Part shown: positions 42,802-52,802 of the stretch, in pieces
Position numbering within the stretch: position 1 is the stretch's first letter
Layout: every line of letters begins with the position of its first letter
From: a virus
Lineage: Duplodnaviria; Caudoviricetes
DNA length: 55,866 nt
Reading direction: 5' to 3' (one strand)
Virus record (IMG/VR): IMGVR_UViG_3300011438_000013
Location: 1-55,866 of that record
Notes under the pieces: model-generated
What the model was told of the DNA's origin: nothing
Seen by the model: the letters and a program-made list of their open reading frames with translations, nothing else
Database searches by the model: none
Position numbers and translations under genes: made by a program

Positions 42802-44871
42802 TTATTCCCCTTCGAGAGCTTGGCCTTCATAGTTGGCTAATTGACTTTGCAAAGATTTGATCTCACTATCTATTTCTTCAGGAGAAGGTTGTTCGAGCAT
42901 AATATCAAATGTTGCCGGGAAATTTCCTTGATATTCTTTGTTAAGAGATTGAGCACGTTTCTTGAGCATTATGGATTTTTTGGCAGCCTTATTATATTGC
43001 TCTAAGATTTTCTGTGCAGATTCTGGATGAGTATATATACCAGGAGTTGCCCTTAAAGCTTGCTCAAACTCAACTTGGTTGCCACGACCACCTCCACGAA
43101 GGTTAGCAAAGTTGCGGGCTAAAATTTCCTTTGATACTGCATCTATTTCTTGTTCACTGGCATTTGGTGCAATCTGAATCCCCACTGTTGCTGCCATATT
43201 CATAATAGATTGGCGAAGATCACTTCTTCGGTTACCAGGTTTCTTTAAAAGTTCTCCCAGACGATTAACAGATTCTAATTGCTCTTCGGCACTCTTTCCC
43301 GCTTCAATGGTATCATCATATAATTTACGAGCGGATTTTAATGAACCGGCCGCCGCTTCTTGTTCCTTTTTTTGTTCTTGGACATCGGGAAGACCGGAAA
43401 TAGGGACAGCTTCCATTTCTCCGGTTTCGGGATTTTCCTCATAAGTAAACGGAAGACCACCAGGGCCTTTATGAATCTTATTTTTAGGGGACATTTCTTC
43501 AAGTTCATTTTTATATTTAGCTAAAGCGGTGCCTTGAGTACCCTTAAGTTGCTGTACTTGCTGTTTACCAGCATTTTGCAACATTAATTGCTCTAATTGT
43601 TGTTGTGGTTCTAATTCCTGTTGTTCAAGTTCATTATGAAGTTTATATCCGGCCATCCGGTTTGCAGCAGCTTGGGCGCGTGAAGCCCTTAATTGGTTTA
43701 ATCCGCCCATGGCAGCTTCCCCGAAGGCTCCCCCTGCATTTGGATTTTGTGAAGCTAACATACCAAATCCGGTATTTTGCAAGAGTTCCCATAATTGACG
43801 GTTACGCTCAGTATCGGGCGATTGCGTTAATTCATCGGCATATCCCCTCATCTGTTCTTTGCGTGCAGCCCGTTTGGCTTCTTCGGAACCTCTTTGGAGA
43901 GCCGACATATCCACTGGGCCTCCTTCGGCAAACCCTGCGCCTGCGCTTCCTAATAGACCTGCTGCAAGACCTGCAAACTGGGAGGTAGACGAAGGACGGG
44001 GGGGAGCTGGAATGGATGTCCTTTGAATCGTCGAAGTCGGTAAATCCAGCCCGCGATACATAGCCGATAATTGAGCCGTCCTTTGGAACGGTAACTCTCT
44101 TGTTTCTAAGAAATCACGGTATTTTTGATCCATTTTTTCTTGTTCCAGTTGCTGTTCTTGATGGCCGATCGCCCCTAATGTCTCGCCAAACCGTCCTTGG
44201 GCTTGTTGTTCCGCTCCGGCTAATTCTTGCGCACCACGTGCTCCCACGAGTTGACGCGCTAGGCCCCGTTCTTGGACATTTCCTGCGAGTCCAGCACCTT
44301 GGAGTTTACGTTGGCGTGTGGCTTCAGAAGCCCCTAATGCCCCTTGATAACCTTGGTGGAGTGCTTGATTTTGTTGTGCAAGGATAGACTCTTGGGTATC
44401 CCTTAAGGCACGTTGAGTTAAATTTTGGTTGCCGCTTCCTCCAAATTGTCCTGCCTTGATAAAGGAGGAATTAATAGCCGGTAAAAGTTGCTCCCTTAAA
44501 TTACGTCCTCCAAGCTCAGCAATCCTATTAACCACTCCTTCCTGGTAAGGATTCATATATCTGCCGATATTAGCTGCCGAAGATTTACGAGCTTTCTTTA
44601 ATTGTGGAGTTATATTGCGATACACATCTCCCGCGGTAGCAGCTTCTATATTGCGGCCCGCAAGTCCATAGAGTTCACGGTTAGGTTCAGCGTGGGCAAG
44701 TTGGCGGTTTCCTTCTATTTGTGTCGGATTAAATTTAGCAACCCGTTTTCCAGGATAAGGTTGATACGCTTTGGCTTCTTCGGATTGGATTTTAGCCCTA
44801 TCCGCTAAATCTTTAATATAATCACTGTACCATTGAGGTGTGCCTGTAAATGTACCGGTTACGCCGCTCAT
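42802..44871 (-). CDS. Internal virion/DNA ejection protein
   Basis: YQPY-x-G-x-RVA, YMNPY-x-x-x-V, GQFGGS, Q/A/G-rich, FAEGG motif. Confidence 0.75.
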   Translation of the reverse strand: MSGVTGTFTGTPQWYSDYIKDLADRAKIQSEEAKAYQPYPGKRVAKFNPTQIEGNRQLAHAEPNRELYGLAGRNIEAATAGDVYRNITPQLKKARKSSAANIGRYMNPYQEGVVNRIAELGGRNLREQLLPAINSSFIKAGQFGGSGNQNLTQRALRDTQESILAQQNQALHQGYQGALGASEATRQRKLQGAGLAGNVQERGLARQLVGARGAQELAGAEQQAQGRFGETLGAIGHQEQQLEQEKMDQKYRDFLETRELPFQRTAQLSAMYRGLDLPTSTIQRTSIPAPPRPSSTSQFAGLAAGLLGSAGAGFAEGGPVDMSALQRGSEEAKRAARKEQMRGYADELTQSPDTERNRQLWELLQNTGFGMLASQNPNAGGAFGEAAMGGLNQLRASRAQAAANRMAGYKLHNELEQQELEPQQQLEQLMLQNAGKQQVQQLKGTQGTALAKYKNELEEMSPKNKIHKGPGGLPFTYEENPETGEMEAVPISGLPDVQEQKKEQEAAAGSLKSARKLYDDTIEAGKSAEEQLESVNRLGELLKKPGNRRSDLRQSIMNMAATVGIQIAPNASEQEIDAVSKEILARNFANLRGGGRGNQVEFEQALRATPGIYTHPESAQKILEQYNKAAKKSIMLKKRAQSLNKEYQGNFPATFDIMLEQPSPEEIDSEIKSLQSQLANYEGQALEGE

Positions 44872-44894
44872 TTTTAATCTCCCTGTTTATTTTT

Positions 44895-46553
44895 TTAAGC
44901 ACGTCCAAGTTTCATATATTCACTAATCGTCTTTGCCTTTGGAGGATGACTTTTGGTGGATTTATGGGAACGTACAGTTTTTAATAGTTTTTCGAGTTTA
45001 GAAGTGCCTTTTTTATTGCTACCTTTTCCAAGTTTATCGACATCATGAGGAGGAATATAATATTCCCCTGCACTTACCATAGCCGGTATCTTGGCCTTCC
45101 CTCCTTTAGAATAGGTAGGGGAAGTTGGTCGCTGGGATAGGAAATGATTAAACTTTAATGCGCCCATTTTAGAGTTGCCGTCGCCTAAGCCGCTCATCAC
45201 ATCGGCCGGAATATAAAATCCTCCCTCTTCGGCGACCGTAGGGATATCATCATCTTGCCCTCCTCCCGGGCCTTCAAAATATTTAGGAGTATTGGGATGG
45301 ACGGAACCACCCTGAGCATGATATTGGGGTAAGGGATTTAAATCTGAAAAGAATTGATGAGGTTGGTCTTCTTCAAAAGGGCTATAACCTCCCGTATAGG
45401 GGATAAAGTCCCGTCCGGCATAATAAGGAGTGCGCATATTGGTAGGATTAAGAGTATTTGGCCCTCCTTCAATGGCTGCAATCTCTTGGTTATAACGGTC
45501 GCGTTCTTTCTTTTGCTGCTTCTTTTGAGAGAGGATGGACATAAGACCTAAGCCGCCCATAGCTAAGGTAGGAGCACTTATAAGACCTCCTAAGCCTCCT
45601 CCAAGACCTCGTCCCGCAGCTTGGCCTACGGCCTGGGATGCTAATGCTCCCCCTCCTCCTGTCAGGATATTACGCCCGATTTCTCCAGCTCCACTCACCC
45701 CTCCTGTAAGGATATTGCGTCCTACTTCCCCAGCAGCCCGCGATCCTGCGCCTCCCAAAAGACCAGGGATATTGCTACCAGCTCCTCCCGTAAGGGCTTG
45801 GCCTAAACTAGAAGTTATTCCAGGCCCAAATACTGTATTGGATAAGCCTTCTAAGGCTCCACTAGCACCAGGAAATGTTTGTGCAAATTGTCCACCTATT
45901 TGTGGAAGCAAATAAGCTCCCACCCCACTTAAAAGACCCGCTTTTAAGGCATCTTTAGTGCGTCCTCCCGTGACTTTATTTCCTAAAAATCCTCCGGCAG
46001 CAGCACCGGCAGGGCCTCCAATCATTCCGCCTACAACTGGCGCTGCAATTCTTACTACAGGTTTAACCAATCTCCGCCCTGGTTGATGTACTGTTTTATT
46101 AATAGAACGTGCTAATTTCTTAAAGAAGCCATATTCCCTTAAACCGGTACGGGGATTAAAATGTGTCCCTCCTTGGAGATGGTCTAAGACTTGAGCTTGT
46201 TTTTTGGTGATATGCGCAAGCATCGTATCCCCGTTGCGCCCTGCATGTTCTAATTTTTTAACTCCTGTGACGGCACCCCCTCTGGCATATTTTTTATCAT
46301 CAGGATGCATCAAAGCATGATGAAGGCGTTTTTTAATATGGGGGGAATCGAAGGTCTTATCGAGTTCGTAATATTCCCTTAAATTGGTCTTAGGATTAAA
46401 GCGCGCACCGCCCTGTAACTTATCAAAAAGCTCGATTTCTTCAGGGTTAAAATGCGCAAGGATGTATTCCTCTTTCCCGGACTTATGCTCGACTTTTTTA
46501 GCAAGTGACCCTAATGCGCCCTTACTTTTATTGTGTTCCATATTTCTTTTCAT
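44895..46553 (-). CDS. Internal virion/DNA ejection protein
   Basis: GRNGDTMLAHI...NP-x-TGL-x-E, Gly-rich hydrophobic centre, GPG-x-G-x-x-D-x-IP...IPADV-x-S-x-LG-x-G-x-S. Confidence 0.75.
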   Translation of the reverse strand: MKRNMEHNKSKGALGSLAKKVEHKSGKEEYILAHFNPEEIELFDKLQGGARFNPKTNLREYYELDKTFDSPHIKKRLHHALMHPDDKKYARGGAVTGVKKLEHAGRNGDTMLAHITKKQAQVLDHLQGGTHFNPRTGLREYGFFKKLARSINKTVHQPGRRLVKPVVRIAAPVVGGMIGGPAGAAAGGFLGNKVTGGRTKDALKAGLLSGVGAYLLPQIGGQFAQTFPGASGALEGLSNTVFGPGITSSLGQALTGGAGSNIPGLLGGAGSRAAGEVGRNILTGGVSGAGEIGRNILTGGGGALASQAVGQAAGRGLGGGLGGLISAPTLAMGGLGLMSILSQKKQQKKERDRYNQEIAAIEGGPNTLNPTNMRTPYYAGRDFIPYTGGYSPFEEDQPHQFFSDLNPLPQYHAQGGSVHPNTPKYFEGPGGGQDDDIPTVAEEGGFYIPADVMSGLGDGNSKMGALKFNHFLSQRPTSPTYSKGGKAKIPAMVSAGEYYIPPHDVDKLGKGSNKKGTSKLEKLLKTVRSHKSTKSHPPKAKTISEYMKLGRA

Positions 46554-46568
46554 TTTATCCCCGCTTTT

Positions 46569-46793
46569 TTAATTATTCATTACATCCACAAACCAACGCG
46601 CCCATTGCCGCCAATCATCAAAACCACTCGGGTCTGGAACTACCGCTGAATCAAATGGAGATGTTTGTAACAAACGGTCAGCCCAGTCTTGCCATTCCGA
46701 TTCATCATCAATAATCGGCACATTTCCATTCGGAAAATCCACTTGTAAAGTCGCAGCCCACTCAACGAAAGATATCATTTCCGGTAATACCAT
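46569..46793 (-). CDS. Small conserved tail-module protein
   Basis: WA...WQDWA...P-x-P-x-x-F-x-x-W-x-x-WA; coupled to the nozzle gene. Confidence 0.65.
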   Translation of the reverse strand: MVLPEMISFVEWAATLQVDFPNGNVPIIDDESEWQDWADRLLQTSPFDSAVVPDPSGFDDWRQWARWFVDVMNN

Positions 46794-48319
46794 TATGGCC
46801 TCACATCACCTGGCTCGAGATGAATGATCGTTTGTCCTAATTGGAAACTTCCTCCTAATGTATTTGAATCAAAAGTGAGATACATTTGACGATGTTGTTC
46901 CCGCATATCTATTTTTTCTGTAGTCGGGCTAAAAGGATAAGGAGCATTGGCAGTTTCTAAAGGTGAATTGGCAAACTTACGACCCGATACGGTTACGCTC
47001 ATAGCACCGGTTTGGACACTCAATGGTGATCCTTGGCTATCCGGTTCAATTCGGGTAAGTTTTACATCCCGTTCAATACCTAGCCATTTTCCATCGGGGC
47101 CGGTAGCACAAAAAGAAATATCGGAAGTGGTTATATTTTTATCAATAGCGGTCGCATTCAGACCTATCAGTTGATCTGCTCCATACTCATGTTCCCATAA
47201 ATTATAGGTACCGGTTGAAGTGACTTGGGTATCAGCCATAACAGGAAAGGGAAAGAGCTGTGAGAAATAACCGGCTGACCTTGAAAGGGCCGTATCATAC
47301 CATGTATGTTCTTTATAATTATAGATGATAGCATGATTACACTCTTCCGAATCCCCCAAAGGAAAGAACCACCATATCTCCCCATATCTGCGGATTTTAG
47401 TAGCCCACACTTTTTGTCGGTGATCAAAATTCAAATTTTCAAAGAAAAAATTCAAATTCATATCATTAGGAAGCTCCTTTACCACTCCATTATAATAGTA
47501 GAATTGATCAATGCCGATCCAATAATAAATTCCTGCTTCCTCAATGACGCATTGGCTCGATAAGATAGAAGATTGATCGGTAATCGTATCAAATTGAAAA
47601 AAATTTGGAGACCCTATAAAGGTGGCTTTAACGAGGGAGTCTAAAGACCATAATAAACCAGAAGGTGCACCTGTCCCTCCTCGTGTTTGAAGACCAGTTA
47701 CAATCTTATTAGAAGTTATACGTGCGCTTCCCGAAAGACCACCTGTAAAGATCGAGGGTGTATTCGCATCAGACCACGCAACAAAACCGTCATTGCTAAA
47801 ATAAAATAAGAAAGGATGGATAACAAGAATTCCACCCGAAGCTGATTTGGAAGCGGCAAAAGGAATCAGTGCTGAGCTTGCATTTGTAGGGCCATACCAA
47901 ATAGGATCTTCTATAGAATTATTTATATCATTCAGATTTTGTGCTGCATGCGCAATAAGGACATTTGCCGAACTTGTGGTATCAAACATTGAATCGAATT
48001 GCCATAAGTTATTAGCGCTTGCTGTTAAAGTGGAAGGCGTCCTATCGGTAATCGCGCCGCCATTTCCATCAAAATCAGTTTCTGAAAAAACAAGAAGATT
48101 AGAACTTCCGGAATACATATCGACTAAATTAGAACGAGGTTGTACATACATTCCCCGTGAAATCCCGGGAAGTTGGTTGGTGATCTGTTTAAATCCTCCC
48201 ATAGATCGAGGTTTTCCTCTTTGAAAACGGCAATGTTGACCATTGTTATAATAATTACCTTCAAAGATTGTCCCATCGCGTTTGATACCGGGGAGGATAT
48301 TGAGAGGAAAATTAGCCAT
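46793..48319 (-). CDS. Tail nozzle/DNA stabilisation protein (beta-propeller type)
   Basis: PGIKRDGT...RF-x-x-G-x-P-x-x-x-GG, WSD, YW-x-G-x-x-x-FY-x-YNG-x-V, EIWWF-x-P, YNY-x-x-x-x-W. Confidence 0.75.
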   Translation of the reverse strand: MANFPLNILPGIKRDGTIFEGNYYNNGQHCRFQRGKPRSMGGFKQITNQLPGISRGMYVQPRSNLVDMYSGSSNLLVFSETDFDGNGGAITDRTPSTLTASANNLWQFDSMFDTTSSANVLIAHAAQNLNDINNSIEDPIWYGPTNASSALIPFAASKSASGGILVIHPFLFYFSNDGFVAWSDANTPSIFTGGLSGSARITSNKIVTGLQTRGGTGAPSGLLWSLDSLVKATFIGSPNFFQFDTITDQSSILSSQCVIEEAGIYYWIGIDQFYYYNGVVKELPNDMNLNFFFENLNFDHRQKVWATKIRRYGEIWWFFPLGDSEECNHAIIYNYKEHTWYDTALSRSAGYFSQLFPFPVMADTQVTSTGTYNLWEHEYGADQLIGLNATAIDKNITTSDISFCATGPDGKWLGIERDVKLTRIEPDSQGSPLSVQTGAMSVTVSGRKFANSPLETANAPYPFSPTTEKIDMREQHRQMYLTFDSNTLGGSFQLGQTIIHLEPGDVRP

Positions 48320-48323
48320 TTAT

Positions 48324-50729
48324 TTAATACCAAATTATGACCGCACCTTGTGCTCCTGCACCTGATGCTAAGGTGTTACCTACGCCTGCTCCCGACCCCC
48401 CACCCCCATATATTCTTCCAGCAGCTCCTACGGCTGCCCCACCACCAGGACTTAAAGCCCCAGTCCCTCCATAGCGTCCAGCACACGTCCCCCCTGAATT
48501 TACTGCCGCTGTGGTTCCTGCTGCTCCTCCTGGAGTGCCATTTATATTAATATCGCCCCCAACTGCAACTCCGCCCGCTCCCGCAGCAGTTTGTGTCCCT
48601 CCCCCACCTCCTCTTGCTGTCATTCCATTAAAAGTAGTATTTGTGCCTGCTCCCCCTGAGCCTGCTCCCGTATTAGAAGCACCGCCATTTCCAATAGCTA
48701 CCGCGAGGGATGCCCCAGGAACAACGGTCATATATTTATCACAATATCCTCCACCACCACCTCCTCCGCCAAAAGTTACACCGAAGGTACCTCCTCCTCC
48801 TCCTCCCCCCCCATAGGCTTCAGCATAAATTCCAAATGTTCCACCAGGTATGATAAAATTACCAGTTGCGGTAAATATTTGACGGCTCGTAAAAGTAGGA
48901 TAATCGGGCTTATTATTAGTAAAAAATGCTGTTCCACTACAGAAAAGACTAACAGATTGACCCTGTGTAAGTTGAAGTGAGGTATACGTATCAATCGTTT
49001 CCACCCCATTAGGCACAATTGTGATAATACCGGTTCCATTATTGGTGATACTTGTTGACCATCCATTGCCTAATGTTGCTGAAGCAGTAAGGTTAATATT
49101 AAAGGTATTTGATGTAACAACCGTAAGTTGTCCATTGGCTGCTGCGGTGAGGGTGGTTGTTCCTGTGATAGAAGTAGGTACGCGGGAAAAATTAAGGGTA
49201 CCAGAAGCAGTAATAGGATTGGCCCCTGCGGCTCCTACGATTAAACCTGTGCCTGCCGTAATAGCTGTGACCGTTCCCCCTCCAGGTGAAGCATCCCATT
49301 TGACCCCTAAAGCTTGGGTAGAATCAGACGTAAGGACTTGCCCGTTTGTACCCACTGGAATGCGCGCAGGTACCGTACTAAATCCAAATATATCGCCTTT
49401 TGTGGTAAGGGCCGTAGGAGCGACCCAATTAAGCCCCAATGCTTGAGCTGAATCGGCGGTTAATACGGTTCCATTGGCTCCAACCGGAATCCGTGCTTGA
49501 ACCGTACTAAATCCCCATACATCACCTTTCGTAGTAGGGACTAAATTAGAGGTAAGGGCTACGGTGCCATTGGCATCGGGACACGTTAAAGTCCGGGTGG
49601 TTCCTGTGGTGATGCTTGCAGCATTAAATGCTATAATTTTTGTATTATCAGCATTATTCTCAATCGTAAAAGCATTATCAATGGCAACCAGCGGAGTATC
49701 AGTAAAGGTCGGAATTTGAAACGCATTATTGCCATTGCAATAAACAATTATTCGACTTCCCTGAGTTATAGTAACCCCAGTGACTGCTATAACATCAGCC
49801 GCCGTACCAACCGTAAGGGTGAACGCGCCCGTAGTATTATTGAATACATAATATTGGGCTGCTGTTGTAGGAACGACAACATAGATATTGGCTCCGAGGA
49901 CACCGGTATAATTTTGAATAAGATTATTAGCTTGGTTATTAGTTAATGTAACATCCGCACTTCCTCCTACATTCAAGTTTAAAGTCGTCACTTGAAAAGG
50001 AATTGGTTGACTCATTCCAACCGTAAACCATCCTGTCCCTGAGCTTACCACCGTAGCACTATTGCCCGGGATAAGGGTTAATGAGGCTAACCCATTAATG
50101 AGGTCAGCTCCATTAGGCACAAGGGTAAGATTTCCTGTTCCTTGATTGTTAACCGAGAAATAAAAGTTATTTCCTGCCGTGGCAGATGCGGGGAGAGTAA
50201 ATGTGCCTACCCCTCCTGTCCAAACTTGGAAAGAGGCCCTATCGGTTGTTAAAATGGTATAATTAATGGCTTGGGATACAACCGGTGCAGCCGTATTTAA
50301 TTTACCTCCCGAAGCCTCTAAACCATTTCCGGCGAGTGCCGTAGCATCGGCCGCCGAAGTGCCGGTACCAAATTGTACACTACTCCAAGTTCCGGCAACG
50401 GACGTATTATCCGTGATATAGAGATAAAAAATTTCCCCAGTTGTAATCGTGGCAATATCATTAAAAAGATTATCAGTTACTGTAAAGGTAAAGGCCCCTA
50501 AATTTCTTATAATGGAAACTTGACCAGTCCCTGATTGATTTGCAGCGGGCATCGTAATGGCTAAGCCCGTACCAATTGGGGTTACATCCATTAAATTAGC
50601 GACTACATTCGTAGTATCCACATATGAAAAGGGCCACACTAAGGTGACATCATCCACCAATGAAATAGCGCGATAAGCAACTGTTGTAGGTTGAACGGCT
50701 GAACCTGTTACTATGTCTACATATGACAT
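48324..50729 (-). CDS. Tail fibre-like protein with Gly-rich C-terminal domain
   Basis: Repeated TLPA...N-x-GTG-x-x-T-x-x-P-x-G-x-x-x-I modules, tandem TTKGD...RIPVG..W repeats, GGGGGG-rich C-terminus ending GAVIIWY. Confidence 0.75.
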   Translation of the reverse strand: MSYVDIVTGSAVQPTTVAYRAISLVDDVTLVWPFSYVDTTNVVANLMDVTPIGTGLAITMPAANQSGTGQVSIIRNLGAFTFTVTDNLFNDIATITTGEIFYLYITDNTSVAGTWSSVQFGTGTSAADATALAGNGLEASGGKLNTAAPVVSQAINYTILTTDRASFQVWTGGVGTFTLPASATAGNNFYFSVNNQGTGNLTLVPNGADLINGLASLTLIPGNSATVVSSGTGWFTVGMSQPIPFQVTTLNLNVGGSADVTLTNNQANNLIQNYTGVLGANIYVVVPTTAAQYYVFNNTTGAFTLTVGTAADVIAVTGVTITQGSRIIVYCNGNNAFQIPTFTDTPLVAIDNAFTIENNADNTKIIAFNAASITTGTTRTLTCPDANGTVALTSNLVPTTKGDVWGFSTVQARIPVGANGTVLTADSAQALGLNWVAPTALTTKGDIFGFSTVPARIPVGTNGQVLTSDSTQALGVKWDASPGGGTVTAITAGTGLIVGAAGANPITASGTLNFSRVPTSITGTTTLTAAANGQLTVVTSNTFNINLTASATLGNGWSTSITNNGTGIITIVPNGVETIDTYTSLQLTQGQSVSLFCSGTAFFTNNKPDYPTFTSRQIFTATGNFIIPGGTFGIYAEAYGGGGGGGGTFGVTFGGGGGGGGYCDKYMTVVPGASLAVAIGNGGASNTGAGSGGAGTNTTFNGMTARGGGGGTQTAAGAGGVAVGGDININGTPGGAAGTTAAVNSGGTCAGRYGGTGALSPGGGAAVGAAGRIYGGGGSGAGVGNTLASGAGAQGAVIIWY

Positions 50730-51367
50730 TAGTCTCTCCCTCTATCTGATGTACGGTCTTGGAACCTTTGTTTATCTTCTGAGCTTATAGAAGCCATTGA
50801 CCGGTCATATTCTCCGCGCCACCGCGCTAATCCTTCATCATTTTTCAAATAATTCATGGATTCAACCATGACAGCGTAAAAAAGGAGGTCAGGACAAAAT
50901 TGGGTCAGGATACTAGTTTGATTGGATATAGAGAGCGGCTCTTCAATTTGCATATAGGCCATTTCAAAAGGATAATTTTGATCGGGCGTAGGCGCGAGTA
51001 AGAAGGTGGTGTAATCATAATCACAATAATAAAGTGGAGGAGCTACGGCAGTAGGATCAGGCGCATAAGTGCGGCAAAATTCATAGGTGCGCAAATAAAT
51101 TTGATTTCGTGTATTAAATCCAGTACCGCTTCCAAAATTAAAGGTGATGAAATTATGCCAACGAATAGGTTTAAGTATCGTTGAAACATTGGCTTGAAAC
51201 GTTCCTGTGACATAGGCTACGTTTTGCAAAATCTTGAGTTCACGGGCGATGCGGTTCTCAGCCAGCATGATAAATACTGGGATTTCCTGAACTGTCGAAG
51301 CATCATCGCGCTCAAGGTATTCTTGAACGGCAGAGACGATTCCATTGTAATTAATAGGCAGTGTCAT
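50729..51367 (-). CDS. Head-tail adaptor protein
   Basis: Y-x-x-x-x-x-x-V-x-x-YL-x-R...FI-x-LAE-x-RI-x-R-x-L...P-x-YY...APTPD-x-x-Y...PD-x-L-x-Y. Confidence 0.75.
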   Translation of the reverse strand: MTLPINYNGIVSAVQEYLERDDASTVQEIPVFIMLAENRIARELKILQNVAYVTGTFQANVSTILKPIRWHNFITFNFGSGTGFNTRNQIYLRTYEFCRTYAPDPTAVAPPLYYCDYDYTTFLLAPTPDQNYPFEMAYMQIEEPLSISNQTSILTQFCPDLLFYAVMVESMNYLKNDEGLARWRGEYDRSMASISSEDKQRFQDRTSDRGRD

Positions 51368-51397
51368 TTTTTTTATTCTTTTTATTATTATGACGTT

Positions 51398-51627
51398 TTA
51401 TTTATTTTCGTTCTTTCCCCAGCAAATCCAACCATAAATATTAAAACCTATAAAAACTATATAGAGCGCAGCTTGCGCATAGATACCCCGTGAGAGATCA
51501 ACACAGAGCCAACATACATTGCATAATCCCCAATCAGAAATCCCGCCTTTCGTTGAGAACTATTGAGATAAGTTCCCCAGATCGTGATAGCCGTAAGAGT
51601 CCATGTGAAGAGCGCGAACCTATCCAT
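51398..51627 (-). pseudogene. Frameshifted small PnuC-like membrane protein
   Basis: ATG 51627 (TAATG overlap) reads MDRFALFTWTLTAITIWGTYLNSSQRKAGFLI; the -1 frame continues WGLCNVCWLCVDLSRGIYAQAALYIVFIGFNIYGWICWGKNENK to TAA at 51398. Confidence 0.6.
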
Positions 51628-52802
51628 TAGTGTATAGTTCCTCTTTGAGCTTCCAGTTTATCCATGCATCGGTTTAGCTTTTGAATTTCATTAAGAAGCA
51701 TAGCGGGCATATCATTATATCGGATGGTAAAAGGCTTATCTTCTTCATCCCATACAACGAGTTCAGGGAATATTTCTGCAACTTCTTCAGCAATAAGACC
51801 ATATTTAGTCTCATCGGTTGCATCTTCTATTTCTTTGTTATAAAGGAATGTAACGGGTCTAAGCTTCATCAGACGTGAACTGGAATCAGCCATATCAGTT
51901 ATATTATGTTTAAAACGCAGGGATGAGGTGGTGGTTCCTAAGACATTGCTGCTATTGACTAAGGCCCCAATACCAGATGCGCTCGTTTTTCCGGTGATGC
52001 CGCAAATAATAGCTGTGCTAATATTACCTGCTGCCGTTCCAGTAGCATGTCCAATTCGCAACAGATTACTTTCGCTAGTGCTTGCCCCTACGCTGTTTGA
52101 CTCAATATTAATATTACTTGATTCCGTTGTATAATTGATTCCCGCTGTTTCGCCGAAAGTGGTATTATTACTGCCGCTAGTTAATCCCGAGGTGGCACCC
52201 CCTATAAATGCAACATTATTCGTACCCGTAGTGAGCAATGATAAGCAAGTAGTGCCTAATCCAGAATTATGATTACCACTTGTGACAGCATTTAAAACAA
52301 TCCGGCCTAGTCCCGTATTAAGAGTACCGGTAAGGGTAAAATTTCCCGCATTTAAACCTAGAAAAATATTAGAATTAGATTCAGCAATACCCGTATGAAT
52401 AAAAGGAGTGGAAGTATTATGAAAAATAACCCCAGTAGTGCTTGATGTCGTATCAGGAATGTTAAAACTTGTACCTACAGTCCATGACCCTGAAACAGAA
52501 GGAGAACTCGCAAGATCAATCGTTCCAGTGCCGGTTATAGTCGCAGGCGAACAAACTAGATTCGTACTCGCAGCCGTAAGGCTAAGAGACCCTCCGGCCG
52601 TAGTTTGCCATGTAGGAAGTGAGGCGGCTCCGGTGGAAGTAAGAATCTGATTTGAGGTACCGACTCCTGAGACATTTTGTAAAATTCCGGTAGAGGTCGT
52701 TCCCCCGCAAATAACTGAATACGCCGTAAACGAAGTCTTTGCAGTCCCCCCTTGAGGAACCGTGATAGGACGAGGAGAATTTATGGAATTATTTATCGCC
52801 AT
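51627..52802 (-). CDS. Tail fibre protein with C-terminal intramolecular chaperone (Peptidase S74) domain, paralog 2
   Basis: SSLRFKHNI...LRPVTF-x-Y...YGLIAEEVAE-x-x-PELV plus coiled coil; N-x-G-x-G repeats. Confidence 0.85.
   Translation of the reverse strand: MAINNSINSPRPITVPQGGTAKTSFTAYSVICGGTTSTGILQNVSGVGTSNQILTSTGAASLPTWQTTAGGSLSLTAASTNLVCSPATITGTGTIDLASSPSVSGSWTVGTSFNIPDTTSSTTGVIFHNTSTPFIHTGIAESNSNIFLGLNAGNFTLTGTLNTGLGRIVLNAVTSGNHNSGLGTTCLSLLTTGTNNVAFIGGATSGLTSGSNNTTFGETAGINYTTESSNINIESNSVGASTSESNLLRIGHATGTAAGNISTAIICGITGKTSASGIGALVNSSNVLGTTTSSLRFKHNITDMADSSSRLMKLRPVTFLYNKEIEDATDETKYGLIAEEVAEIFPELVVWDEEDKPFTIRYNDMPAMLLNEIQKLNRCMDKLEAQRGTIH

Noticed and set aside
48750-48812. CCT/CCA-rich low-complexity run
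   Set aside because: Explained by the poly-Gly codons of the tail protein's Gly-rich domain.
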